NCBI GenBank assembly: GCA_017403065.1
Contig: JAFQOT010000006.1
Span: 33,865-97,864 of the forward strand
From: Clostridia bacterium
GTDB taxonomy: Bacteria > Bacillota > Clostridia > Oscillospirales > Acutalibacteraceae
Direction of reading: 5' to 3'
Length of the DNA stretch: 64,000 bases
Made by a program: the position numbers and the translations under genes
Shown here: positions 47,198-55,467 of the stretch, piece after piece
Position numbering within the stretch: the stretch's first letter is position 1
Layout of the letters: the number at the start of each line of letters is the position of its first letter
Notes under the pieces: model-generated
Seen by the model: only the letters and a program-made list of their open reading frames with translations
Databases searched by the model: none
Told to the model about the DNA's origin: nothing

Positions 47198-47559
47198 TTG
47201 TTACCTCCCAGTTGTTCGATTTGTTTGGATATTTCTCCAAGAGAATACCCTATGTCATACATTCTTTTTAAGTAAGTAAGGGTTAATTCCTCAGCATATT
47301 TTTGCTTATAAAAATTTATCAAAGAAGTATCGTGGGTTATAAATTTACCGTTGGTGCGCTCGGTAAAAACAAGTCCCGATTCCTCTAATTCAACAAGCGC
47401 TTTTTGCATAGTGTTAGGATTAACCTTAGTTTCATTGGCAAAATCCCTAACCGACGGTAAACGTTCTCCAGGCTTAAATTTGCCCGCTACAATGTCGGTT
47501 TTGATTTGTTCCACAATTTGAATGTATATGGGTATGTTATTATTAAAGTCAAATTTCAT
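47194..47559 (-). CDS. GntR-family (YtrA-subfamily) transcriptional regulator
   Basis: Short 121-aa GntR wHTH (LPSVRDFANETKVNPNTMQKAL); first gene of the GntR-ATPase-permease operon. Confidence 0.88.
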   Translation of the reverse strand: MKFDFNNNIPIYIQIVEQIKTDIVAGKFKPGERLPSVRDFANETKVNPNTMQKALVELEESGLVFTERTNGKFITHDTSLINFYKQKYAEELTLTYLKRMYDIGYSLGEISKQIEQLGGNK

Positions 47560-47573
47560 ACAAACCTCCTTAC

Positions 47574-47622
47574 TGTATTACTAAACTAATACAATAATAC
47601 ACCGCAATAACGCCTTTGTCAA
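47574..47622 (-). promoter_or_regulatory. promoter plus palindromic operator of the ytrA-like operon
   Basis: Minus strand TTGACA (47617-47622), 17 nt, TATTAT (47594-47599), then inverted repeat TGTATTA-N6-TAATACA (47574-47593). Confidence 0.55.
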
Positions 47623-47633
47623 GAAAAATTAAA

Positions 47634-47663
47634 ATAGAGCGACATTTTGTCGCTCTATTTTTG
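47634..47663. terminator. bidirectional terminator
   Basis: atagagcgac / gtcgctctat stem flanked by an A-run and a T-run. Confidence 0.7.
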
Positions 47664-47730
47664 TTGAAAGGGTTATGTAAATTTTATGTTTCTCTAATTT
47701 TTTCTATGTGTTCGAACCCGGACATATTTA

Positions 47731-47898
47731 GTGATATTGTGCCTTTGGCACAGTGATATTTTTATTCCATAAAAGTGATATTTCTGCTAACGCAGAAGTG
47801 ATATTATATTCGCCATTAAAACTCGCGAAGCGAATATCACTTGGACGAAGTCCAAATATAACTGCGAAGCAATATAACTCGCCAAAGGCGAATATAAC
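47731..47898. repeat. array of about 8 mini-hairpins, each flanked by a conserved heptamer (GTGATAT / its complement ATATCAC / variant ATATAAC)
   Basis: GTGATATT at 47731, 47753, 47775, 47798. ATATCAC at 47834; ATATAAC at 47856, 47872, 47892. Short variable stems with 3-4-nt loops lie between them. Confidence 0.85.
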
Positions 47899-47900
47899 TA

Positions 47901-47932
47901 AAAAAGACGATTGCTTTCGCAATCGTCTTTTT
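47901..47932. terminator. bidirectional terminator-like hairpin
   Basis: aaaaagacgattgc-tttc-gcaatcgtcttttt perfect stem with flanking A/T runs. Confidence 0.7.
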
Positions 47933-48074
47933 CTTTGAAAGGGATTTTGTCTCGGTGCTGCCGCGCCTATCGCCTCGCTCGCGCTCGTTGCCACGTCGGC
48001 GAAAACAACCATTTAGGTTCTTTTCTTCCGCTTCGCTCCCTCCTTGTTCGAATCCCTTTCTCCATATAAAAATT

Positions 48075-48108
48075 AAAAAGGAACCAATCCTTTGGACTGA
48101 TTCCTTTT
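48075..48108 (-). terminator. rho-independent terminator immediately after tRNA-Arg
   Basis: Minus strand GGAATCAGTCC-AAA-GGATTGGTTCC followed by TTTTTAATTTTT. Confidence 0.7.
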
Positions 48109-48112
48109 TAAT

Positions 48113-48189
48113 TGGCACGCTGAAAGGGATTCGAACCCCCGACCCTCTGCTTAGAAGGCAGATGCTCTATCCAACTGAGCTATCAGCGC
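48113..48189 (-). tRNA. tRNA-Arg (anticodon UCU), CCA encoded
   Basis: Hand-folded cloverleaf: acceptor GCGCTGA/TCAGCGT, D-arm GCTC-AGTTGGATA-GAGC, anticodon loop CT-TCT-AA, T-arm GGGGG-TTCGAAT-CCCTT, discriminator G, CCA. Confidence 0.9.
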
Positions 48190-48249
48190 ATACGCTTTAT
48201 CTTAAAGCAAAAGTGATTATATCACACAACCAAAAAATAATCAAGTGTT

Positions 48250-49167
48250 TTATTTTATTTTTTCTATATCATAAGGGGTTGTCTGATAAACGAAATAGTT
48301 AAGCCAGTTAGAGTAGAGTAAATTTGCGTGGGAACGCCACGTAACAATGGGTTTTTTGTCCGCATTGTCTTGGGGAAAATAATTTTTAGGCATTTCAATA
48401 GGCTTATTTGCCTTTAAGTCTCTAAAATATTCGTTAGCTAAGGTTTCACCGTCATACTCGGAATGGCCCGTGATGAAAATCTGCTTTCCGTTTTTGGTAG
48501 AAACGGCATATACACCCGCTTCTTTGGAGCTTGCTAAAATTTTAAGTCCTTTAACCTTTTTTATATCCTCTTCTAAAACGGTAGTGTGCCTTGAATGAGG
48601 CACCATAAATTCATCATCAAAGCCGCGGAACAGTATGGAATTTTTATAGTCCACTCTGTGAGGAAATACCCCGAACATTTTCTTAGAAAGAGGCTTTTTA
48701 TCAATACCAAAGTGGTAATAAAGCCCAGCCTGCGCCCCCCAGCAAATATGAAAGGTGGAATGTACGTGGGTTTTGGTCCACTCCATAATTTCGCAAAGCT
48801 CTTCCCAATACTCCACCTCTTCAAAGGGCATATTTTCTACTGGTGCGCCTGTGATAATCATACCGTCAAAGGTGCGGTCCTTAACCTCGTCAAAGGTTTT
48901 GTAAAAGGTAAACAAATGCTCGGCAGAGGTGTTTTTTGATATGTGACTTTTTGTGTGAATAAATTCTAAATCCACCTGCAAGGGCGAATTGCCCAAAAGT
49001 CTTGAAATCTGGGTTTCGGTTTCAATTTTTTTGGGCATAAGATTAAGCATTAAAATTTTTAGAGGACGAATATCCTGTGTTATGGCTCTGGTTTCGGTCA
49101 TAACAAAGATATTTTCGTCATTTAATGTTTTTACCGCAGGTAAATCGTTTGGAATTTTAATAGGCAT
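48250..49167 (-). CDS. metA: homoserine O-acyltransferase (MetA family)
   Basis: N-terminus [11 protein letters not shown]...LNLMP and ~305-aa length are typical of MetA; active-site Cys context [10 protein letters not shown]. Confidence 0.9.
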   Translation of the reverse strand: MPIKIPNDLPAVKTLNDENIFVMTETRAITQDIRPLKILMLNLMPKKIETETQISRLLGNSPLQVDLEFIHTKSHISKNTSAEHLFTFYKTFDEVKDRTFDGMIITGAPVENMPFEEVEYWEELCEIMEWTKTHVHSTFHICWGAQAGLYYHFGIDKKPLSKKMFGVFPHRVDYKNSILFRGFDDEFMVPHSRHTTVLEEDIKKVKGLKILASSKEAGVYAVSTKNGKQIFITGHSEYDGETLANEYFRDLKANKPIEMPKNYFPQDNADKKPIVTWRSHANLLYSNWLNYFVYQTTPYDIEKIK

Positions 49168-49191
49168 TAGTCTATACCATTCCTTTTTAAA

Positions 49192-50475
49192 TTAAATATT
49201 GTCTAAAGCTTGCTTTATATCTGCAATTAAATCCTCGGCATCCTCAATACCGCAGGAAAAACGTATCAAATCAGGAGAAATGCCTGCCGCTGTAAGCTCA
49301 TCGTCATTCATCTGACGGTGGGTAGCGCTTGCAGGGTGCAAGCAGCAAGAACGGGCATCTGCAACGTGGGTTTCAATAGCTGTAATTTTAAGACCCTTCA
49401 TAAAGGCTTCTGCGCTTTTTCTGCCGCCCTTAACGCCGAAGCTTACTACACCGCAGCTTCCGTTAGGCAAATATTTCTGGGCAAGGGCATACTCACTGTC
49501 ACCCTCAAGACCTGGGTAGGTAACCCACTCTATTCTATCGTCTTGCTGTAATGCCTTTGCCACAGCCAAACCGTTTTCGCAGTGCTTTTTCATTCTTACG
49601 TGCAGACTTTCAAGTCCGAGATTGATATAAAAAGCGTTCTGTGGTGACTGAATAGAGCCAAAATCTCGCATAAGCTGAGCAGTAGCCTTAGTAATATAAG
49701 CACCCTCAAGCCCGAATCTTTCTGTGTAGGTAACACCGTGATAGCTTTCATCAGGAGTGCAAAGGCCAGGGAACTTATCTGGATACTTTGTCCAGTCGAA
49801 TTTTCCCGAATCTACAATACATCCGCCTACAGAAACACCGTGACCGTCAATATATTTAGTGGTAGAATGGGTAACAATATCCGCTCCCCATTCAAACGGT
49901 CTGCAGTTTACAGGGGTTGCAAAGGTATTATCTATAATAAGAGGAACCCCGTGGTCGTGGGCAGCCTTTGCAAATCTTTCAATATCCAACACCTTTAAGG
50001 CGGGGTTTGCAATAGTTTCGCCGAAAACAGCCTTTGTGTTTTCCTTAAAAGCGGCATTTAATTCCTCGTCGGAGCAGTCGGGTGAAACAAAGGTAAAATC
50101 GATGCCCATACGCTTCATTGTAACTGCAAAGAGGTTATATGTTCCGCCGTAAATTGCCGAAGAAGCAACAATATGGTCTCCACAAGAGGCAATGTTAAAA
50201 ACAGAATAAAAAGATGCTGCCTGACCCGATGAGGTGAGCATTGCGGCAGTACCGCCCTCAAGCTCGCAGATTTTTGCTGCAACTGTGTCGTTTGTAGGGT
50301 TTTGAAGACGTGTATAAAAATATCCGCTTGCTTCTAAATCAAAAAGCTTGCCCATATCCTCGCTTGTTGCATATTTAAAGGTGGTTGACTGAATAATTGG
50401 TACCTGACGAGGCTCGCCGTTACCTGCTGTGTAACCGCCCTGTACACATTTTGTGCCGATTTTTAAGTCTTTCAT
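49192..50475 (-). CDS. metY: O-acetylhomoserine sulfhydrylase (PLP-dependent, Cys/Met metabolism family)
   Basis: PLP-lysine context HSTTKYIDGHG; ~427 aa. Confidence 0.88.
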   Translation of the reverse strand: MKDLKIGTKCVQGGYTAGNGEPRQVPIIQSTTFKYATSEDMGKLFDLEASGYFYTRLQNPTNDTVAAKICELEGGTAAMLTSSGQAASFYSVFNIASCGDHIVASSAIYGGTYNLFAVTMKRMGIDFTFVSPDCSDEELNAAFKENTKAVFGETIANPALKVLDIERFAKAAHDHGVPLIIDNTFATPVNCRPFEWGADIVTHSTTKYIDGHGVSVGGCIVDSGKFDWTKYPDKFPGLCTPDESYHGVTYTERFGLEGAYITKATAQLMRDFGSIQSPQNAFYINLGLESLHVRMKKHCENGLAVAKALQQDDRIEWVTYPGLEGDSEYALAQKYLPNGSCGVVSFGVKGGRKSAEAFMKGLKITAIETHVADARSCCLHPASATHRQMNDDELTAAGISPDLIRFSCGIEDAEDLIADIKQALDNI

Positions 50476-50481
50476 ATTATA

Positions 50482-51288
50482 TCACTCCAAATTAAATACT
50501 CTTTTTGCGTTCATATTTAGTATACACTTAATTTCCCATTCGTCAAGCCCAAGCGACAAAAAATATTCCATTTCGCTCTTACTGTCCCACATAGGATAAT
50601 CGGTGCCAAAAAGAACCTTATCTGCGCCGTATTTACGTATAATTTCTTTAGCCGTTTCAGGCTTGAGGGAATAAAAGCTTGATGAGCAGTCAACATAAAA
50701 ATTTTTTATGCCCTTGTATTCATCTACAGCCGTTTCCCAGAGCGACCATCCGCCCAAATGGGCGCCGATAACGGTTAAATTTGTGTAAATATCCAAAATT
50801 GGCAATAATCTGTTAGGGTTTGAATAGTCGTATCGGATATCCCCCGTGTGCATTAAAACAGGAAGCCCTTTTTCTTCGCAAAGCTCATAAATTTTAAGGC
50901 ATCGCCAGTCATCAATCTTAAAGGCTTGTATATCGGGGTGAAGCTTTACACCTTTAAGCCCTAAGGACAAAAGATGCTCTATATCCCCCTTTATATCCTG
51001 ACTGTCAGGATGCAAAGTGCCCAAACCCACTAATTTTTCAGGGTTTGCGGCAACCTCGTTGGCAATAAATTCATTTATACTTTGCACCTGTTTTGGAGTA
51101 GTAGCAACCGACTGAACAATAAATTTGTCAATCCCTGCTTCTTCGCCCCTTTTTAAAAGATCTTCTACCGTACCGCTTCCAACTGAATGGGTAGAATAAA
51201 AATTATCGGTACCCATTACTGCCTTTTGTGCTATTTTTTCAGGATAAATATGGCAGTGGGCATCTATAGCGTAAATTCCGTTTATCAT
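50482..51288 (-). CDS. metal-dependent TIM-barrel hydrolase (Amidohydrolase_2-like)
   Basis: IDAHCHIYP N-terminal HxH, later KLHP, MHTG, GAHLG, FGTDYP ligand contexts. Confidence 0.8.
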   Translation of the reverse strand: MINGIYAIDAHCHIYPEKIAQKAVMGTDNFYSTHSVGSGTVEDLLKRGEEAGIDKFIVQSVATTPKQVQSINEFIANEVAANPEKLVGLGTLHPDSQDIKGDIEHLLSLGLKGVKLHPDIQAFKIDDWRCLKIYELCEEKGLPVLMHTGDIRYDYSNPNRLLPILDIYTNLTVIGAHLGGWSLWETAVDEYKGIKNFYVDCSSSFYSLKPETAKEIIRKYGADKVLFGTDYPMWDSKSEMEYFLSLGLDEWEIKCILNMNAKRVFNLE

Positions 51289-53780
51289 ACTAAGCCTAAT
51301 CTCTTTGCTGCGTCCTCGCGCATTTTGTATTTCAATATTTTTCCTGCCGCATTCATAGGGAATTTGTCCACAAATTCTATATAACGGGGCACCTTGTGTC
51401 TTGCCATATGGTCGGCAATGTAGGTGCGCATTTCCTCCTGTGTCATATTCTCGCCCTCTTTAAGTATAATGCAAGCCATTATTTCCTCGCCATATTGCTT
51501 ATCGGGTACACCTATAACCTGAACATCCCTTACCTTGTCACAGGTGTATATAAATTCCTCTATCTCTTTTGGATAAATATTTTCGCCGCCGCGAATTATC
51601 ATATCCTTAAGACGACCTGTAATTTTGTAGTTTCCGTCATCATCCTTGCAAGCAAGGTCGCCTGTGTGAAGCCATCCGTCCTGGTCGATAGCCTCAGCAG
51701 TAGCGTAGGGCATTTTATAGTAGCCCTTCATTATATTATACCCCCGCGCAACAAACTCGCCGTTTTCTCCGTTTTTACACTCCTCGTTTGTTTCGGGATT
51801 AACCACCTTGCACTCTACATTTGCAAAGGCGCTGCCTACAGTTTCGGTACGCACCTCAAGAGAGTCGTAATAACTGCTCATAGTACATCCTGGAGATGCC
51901 TCGGTCTGACCGTAAACCGACACAATTTCTCTCATATTCATATCAACTGTAGCTCGCTTCATAAGGTCGGCAGGACAGTTAGCCCCTGCCATAATTCCCA
52001 CGCGCATATATGAAAAGTCGGTTTTTGCAAAATCAGGATGATTCATCATAGCTATAAACATTGTAGGCACACCGTTAAAGGCGGTAATGCGCTCAGAATT
52101 TATACAAGCTAAGGATGATTTTGCCGAAAAATAGGGCATAGGGCACATTGTAGCGCCGTGTGTCATAGAAGACGTCATAGAAAGCACCATTCCAAAGCAA
52201 TGAAACATAGGAACCTGTATCATCATTCGGTCTGCGGTGGACAATTCCATATGGTCGCCTATATATTTACCGTTGTTAACTACGTTATAGTGGGTTAGCA
52301 TAACACCCTTTGGAAAGCCTGTAGTACCTGAGGTGTACTGCATATTGCATACATCGTCCTTATCAACCAAGGCTGCCATACGGTGAACCTCAGAAACAGG
52401 CACCTGTGATGCCCTTTCTAAAGCCTTGCTCCAGGTTAAACACCCTTTTTGGCTGTAGCCTACGGTAATAACATTTCTCAGAAAGGGCAAACGCTTGCTG
52501 TGTAAAGGCTTGCCCTCTTTTGTAGCTTCAAGCTCTGGGCATAATTGGGCTACAATTTCACCGTAATTGCAGTCCCGTGCTCCCTCGGTCATAATAAGGG
52601 TATGGGTATCAGACTGCTTTAAAAGATACTCAATTTCGTGAATTTTGTAGGCGGTATTAACCGTTACCAAAACTGCGCCTATTTTTACAGTTGCCCAAAA
52701 GGCGATATACCACTGAGGAACGTTTGTTGCCCATACCGCAACATGAGTTCCCGCCTTTACCCCCAAGGAAATCAGCGCGCGGGCAAAATTGTCAACATCG
52801 TCCCTGAATTCGCTATAGGTTCTTGTGTAATCAAGAGTAGTATATTTAAAGGCGTATTGGTCGGGAAATTCTTCAACCATACGGTCAAGCACCTGAGAAA
52901 AGGTGCAATCAATAAGTCGGTCCTTCTCCCATACGTACTTGCCTGTATGAGCGCGGTTATAATAAAGGGAATTATCACTTTTAGAGGTGTCGCTGTATTG
53001 CTTCATATAATTTATGAATTGAGCAAAAATAATCTCCATATCCTTTAATTCCTGACACCACTCAGGGTCCCATTCAAGAGATATAAAACCGTCATAATTC
53101 ACCGAGCTAAGACCCAGCATCATATCCCCGATAGGCATTTCGCCCTCGCCAATAAGGCAAAATTCAGCGCCGTTTTCAGTCTTTACAGCATCCTTAATAT
53201 GCACGTGCTTAATATAAGCCCCTAAATTTTTAATAGTGGCTTCAGGGTCCTCGTCATTTAAGAAATATGGGGGATACATATCCCACAAGGCAGCTACATT
53301 GTCGTGAGCAAAGCTATCCAACAGATTTCTCAAGTTTGAGGTGTTGGAATAAATTCCTGTAGTTTCTATTAAAAGGGTTACGTTTTTCTCCTCTGCCTGA
53401 GGTAAAACCTTAGAAATAACCTCTTTCATCATTTCGTTTTTCTCTTGGGTATATTCGCCCCCTGTAGCCCTGATTCTGATATTAGGAATATGCAGCTTTG
53501 CCGCAATTTCTATGCAGGAAGAAATTTCATCAATATCGCAGGTGTTTTTATCTATAGGGTTGCAAACCGTATCAAGACAGGGAAGCTCAAGCCTTTTTTC
53601 ATAAAGCTTTCTTACCGTTGCGTTTGCTTTATAATCGTAAAAAGCCCCGTCTTTATCTGTAAACAAGGGATTATGTATGTCGTGTATTTCAATTCCCTTA
53701 AATTTTAAATCCTCGGCAATATCACAAAAATCCCAAAAGGTGCTGTTTACCCAACCCTTTGTGGAAAAAGATAATTTCAT
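51285..53780 (-). CDS. fusion protein: xylose-isomerase-like TIM barrel (aa ~1-270) plus AMP-forming adenylating enzyme / acyl-CoA-synthetase-like (aa ~290-831)
   Basis: N-terminus KGIEIH...LLIETTG...VHIKD...ISLEWDPEW. C-terminal AMP-binding motifs YTSGTTGFPKGVMLTH, GYYK, TGDLA, RLKDMIIRGGENIYP. Confidence 0.85.
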   Translation of the reverse strand: MKLSFSTKGWVNSTFWDFCDIAEDLKFKGIEIHDIHNPLFTDKDGAFYDYKANATVRKLYEKRLELPCLDTVCNPIDKNTCDIDEISSCIEIAAKLHIPNIRIRATGGEYTQEKNEMMKEVISKVLPQAEEKNVTLLIETTGIYSNTSNLRNLLDSFAHDNVAALWDMYPPYFLNDEDPEATIKNLGAYIKHVHIKDAVKTENGAEFCLIGEGEMPIGDMMLGLSSVNYDGFISLEWDPEWCQELKDMEIIFAQFINYMKQYSDTSKSDNSLYYNRAHTGKYVWEKDRLIDCTFSQVLDRMVEEFPDQYAFKYTTLDYTRTYSEFRDDVDNFARALISLGVKAGTHVAVWATNVPQWYIAFWATVKIGAVLVTVNTAYKIHEIEYLLKQSDTHTLIMTEGARDCNYGEIVAQLCPELEATKEGKPLHSKRLPFLRNVITVGYSQKGCLTWSKALERASQVPVSEVHRMAALVDKDDVCNMQYTSGTTGFPKGVMLTHYNVVNNGKYIGDHMELSTADRMMIQVPMFHCFGMVLSMTSSMTHGATMCPMPYFSAKSSLACINSERITAFNGVPTMFIAMMNHPDFAKTDFSYMRVGIMAGANCPADLMKRATVDMNMREIVSVYGQTEASPGCTMSSYYDSLEVRTETVGSAFANVECKVVNPETNEECKNGENGEFVARGYNIMKGYYKMPYATAEAIDQDGWLHTGDLACKDDDGNYKITGRLKDMIIRGGENIYPKEIEEFIYTCDKVRDVQVIGVPDKQYGEEIMACIILKEGENMTQEEMRTYIADHMARHKVPRYIEFVDKFPMNAAGKILKYKMREDAAKRLGLV

Positions 53781-55159
53781 TAGTTTGCCTCCTCGTAGAC
53801 AATTTTGTTAATAGCGCCTATATAAGCCTTTATGCTTGCGCCTATAATATCGGTGGAAATACCGTTACCTGAATACACCTTTCCGCCGCTTCTCAGCTTA
53901 ACAAGAGCCGAGCCCAAAGCCTGCTTACCCTCGGTTACCGACTGAATCTGGAAATCATCCAGCTCGTAATGGTGTCCGATAATCTGCTCAATAGCTAAGA
54001 AAGCTGCGTCAATAGGTCCGTCGCCTATACTTACCCCCTGTATATTCAAACCGTCCTTTTCAAGTGTAATCTGAGCGGTGGCTGAAATAATATTACCATT
54101 ATTTATCAAATAATTTACAAGCTTGTATGTTGGCGGTACCTGTAAAGCCACGCTAGCTACAATAGCGTCTAATTCCTTAGAACCAACGCTTTTCTTTTCG
54201 GCAACGCGTAAAAATTCCTCGTAAACCTTTTGGCTGTCCTCTTCAGAAAGGTCGTAGCCCAGCTTCATTACTGCGGCAGCTACTGTATCCTTATCGTCAT
54301 TGACACCTAAGGCTATACCGCTGTCAAAAGAAGCAACACTACAGGCTGATTTTTCATTTTTTGCGTTAGAAATAATCCAGCTTATCTGGTTTATAATGCG
54401 GTTAAGCTCGGTGTATTTGATGTCAGAATTAAAACCGTTTATATCACCGCAGTTTTTAATAATTCCTGTTATTGTTTCAAGGGGTATCCCCTCGCCCTTA
54501 ACGTCGGTCTTTATAACCGAAACGCCCTTTTCTAAAGCCATAACTGCATTAGCTGCGGCAAGTCCGTTTTTATTGCTGCACATAACACCGTATTCTACAT
54601 TGTCGCTATCCTTTACATTGGCTGCGGCAAATTCACCAAAAGCCTGAGGCATCATCTCTGCGGCAGAATCGCAAATAGTTACAGCCGTAGCGCCGGCTTT
54701 TACTGCGGTAGAAACAATACTTTCTAAAACATCCTTTTCGGCTCTTGCGGCATCAACCGCGCAAAATTCAACATCATTTATTTTTGATTTTGCCGCCTTT
54801 ATAAGCTTTTCAACAAGCAGCTCCATCTTGTCTGCCTTTTTGTGACAGGTATACTCCATTCCCACGGTAGATACGGGAAGCTCTATTCTGAGCCTTGGCT
54901 TTTTAGTGGTCTGTAAGGCTGCGGCAGCCGCCTCAACGCTCTGCTCGGTCATTCCTGCATTTACCGAAATTACAGTATTTTTAATAAAAGATGCCATAGT
55001 TTTAATCAACAAGGTATCGGTTTTAACATTTGCCATAGCAGGTAATTCTATAACGTCTACCTGAAGCTTATCAAGCTGACGGGCAATTTCAATTTTCTCT
55101 TTAAAGCTAAAAGCGTTTTCTTCTTTGCATAAAGTTCTGTCTGCAATTTTGATTTTCAT
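53780..55159 (-). CDS. LeuA-like protein with degenerate catalytic barrel and intact C-terminal LeuA-dimer/regulatory domain
   Basis: HMGL-like fold, but DRTLCKEEN replaces DTTLRDGEQ and MCSNKNG replaces HxHNDxG. C-terminus ...SGNGISTDIIGASIKAYIGAINK matches the LeuA allosteric domain. Confidence 0.75.
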   Translation of the reverse strand: MKIKIADRTLCKEENAFSFKEKIEIARQLDKLQVDVIELPAMANVKTDTLLIKTMASFIKNTVISVNAGMTEQSVEAAAAALQTTKKPRLRIELPVSTVGMEYTCHKKADKMELLVEKLIKAAKSKINDVEFCAVDAARAEKDVLESIVSTAVKAGATAVTICDSAAEMMPQAFGEFAAANVKDSDNVEYGVMCSNKNGLAAANAVMALEKGVSVIKTDVKGEGIPLETITGIIKNCGDINGFNSDIKYTELNRIINQISWIISNAKNEKSACSVASFDSGIALGVNDDKDTVAAAVMKLGYDLSEEDSQKVYEEFLRVAEKKSVGSKELDAIVASVALQVPPTYKLVNYLINNGNIISATAQITLEKDGLNIQGVSIGDGPIDAAFLAIEQIIGHHYELDDFQIQSVTEGKQALGSALVKLRSGGKVYSGNGISTDIIGASIKAYIGAINKIVYEEAN

Positions 55160-55200
55160 AATTTTCGCTCCTTGATAAAGTCTTATGCAATATAGATAAT

Positions 55201-55462
55201 AAAAAATCCCTGAGACTGCTATATTGCAATCTCAGGGACGAATAATATTCGCGGTACCACCCTGATTACCATAAAAGGTCACTCTACGAGCTCTAACAAG
55301 CTCTTTGTCGTGATAACGGGACAAACCGTAACAGCTTACTTTGTTTCAGCCGTTCTGCTCGGGAATGAGACTTGACACCTTGCACCGCCGCCGACTTGCA
55401 CCAACCGTCAGCTCTCTGAATTTTAGTAACAAAGGCAATAATTCCTTCAACGCATTTATACC
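55201..55462 (-). promoter_or_regulatory. T-box riboswitch leader, probable Leu (CUC) specifier
   Basis: Minus strand: K-turn-like TGCGTTGA...CGAGCA, AGAGAG bulge, GGTTGGTGCAA distal loop, T-box AATCAGGGTGGTACCGCG (55250-55267), terminator 55201-55238 with a T6 run. Confidence 0.9.
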
Positions 55463-55467
55463 TCATC

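Noticed and set aside
24688-47559. Genomic island or mobile element status for the glycan locus and neighbouring operons
   Set aside because: I saw no integrase, transposase, phage or conjugation genes, no flanking direct repeats, and no obvious compositional break. This is accessory metabolism but not demonstrably mobile.
47731-47898. Possible CRISPR array
   Set aside because: The repeated unit is only 7-8 nt and the 'spacers' are 8-15-nt self-complementary hairpins. The orientation flips midway and no cas genes are present. This is not CRISPR grammar.
48040-48065. Second tRNA gene on the + strand (GTTCGAATCCCTTTCTCCA)
   Set aside because: Only the T-loop and 3' strand are present. The required complementary T-stem, D-arm and anticodon arm cannot be drawn from the upstream sequence. 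It is a fragment, not a gene.
47728-48302. ORFs of 94, 61, 93 and 115 aa in the ORF track across the hairpin array, the GC-rich island and tRNA-Arg
   Set aside because: They run through a tRNA gene, terminator hairpins and repeat modules, lack SDs and have low-complexity or odd composition. I judge them spurious translations of structured non-coding DNA.
48250-50481. S-box (SAM) riboswitch or independent promoter for metY-metA
   Set aside because: The junctions are 6 and 24 nt, and no leader-sized intergenic space or S-box motifs are present. The genes appear to depend on the upstream T-box promoter.
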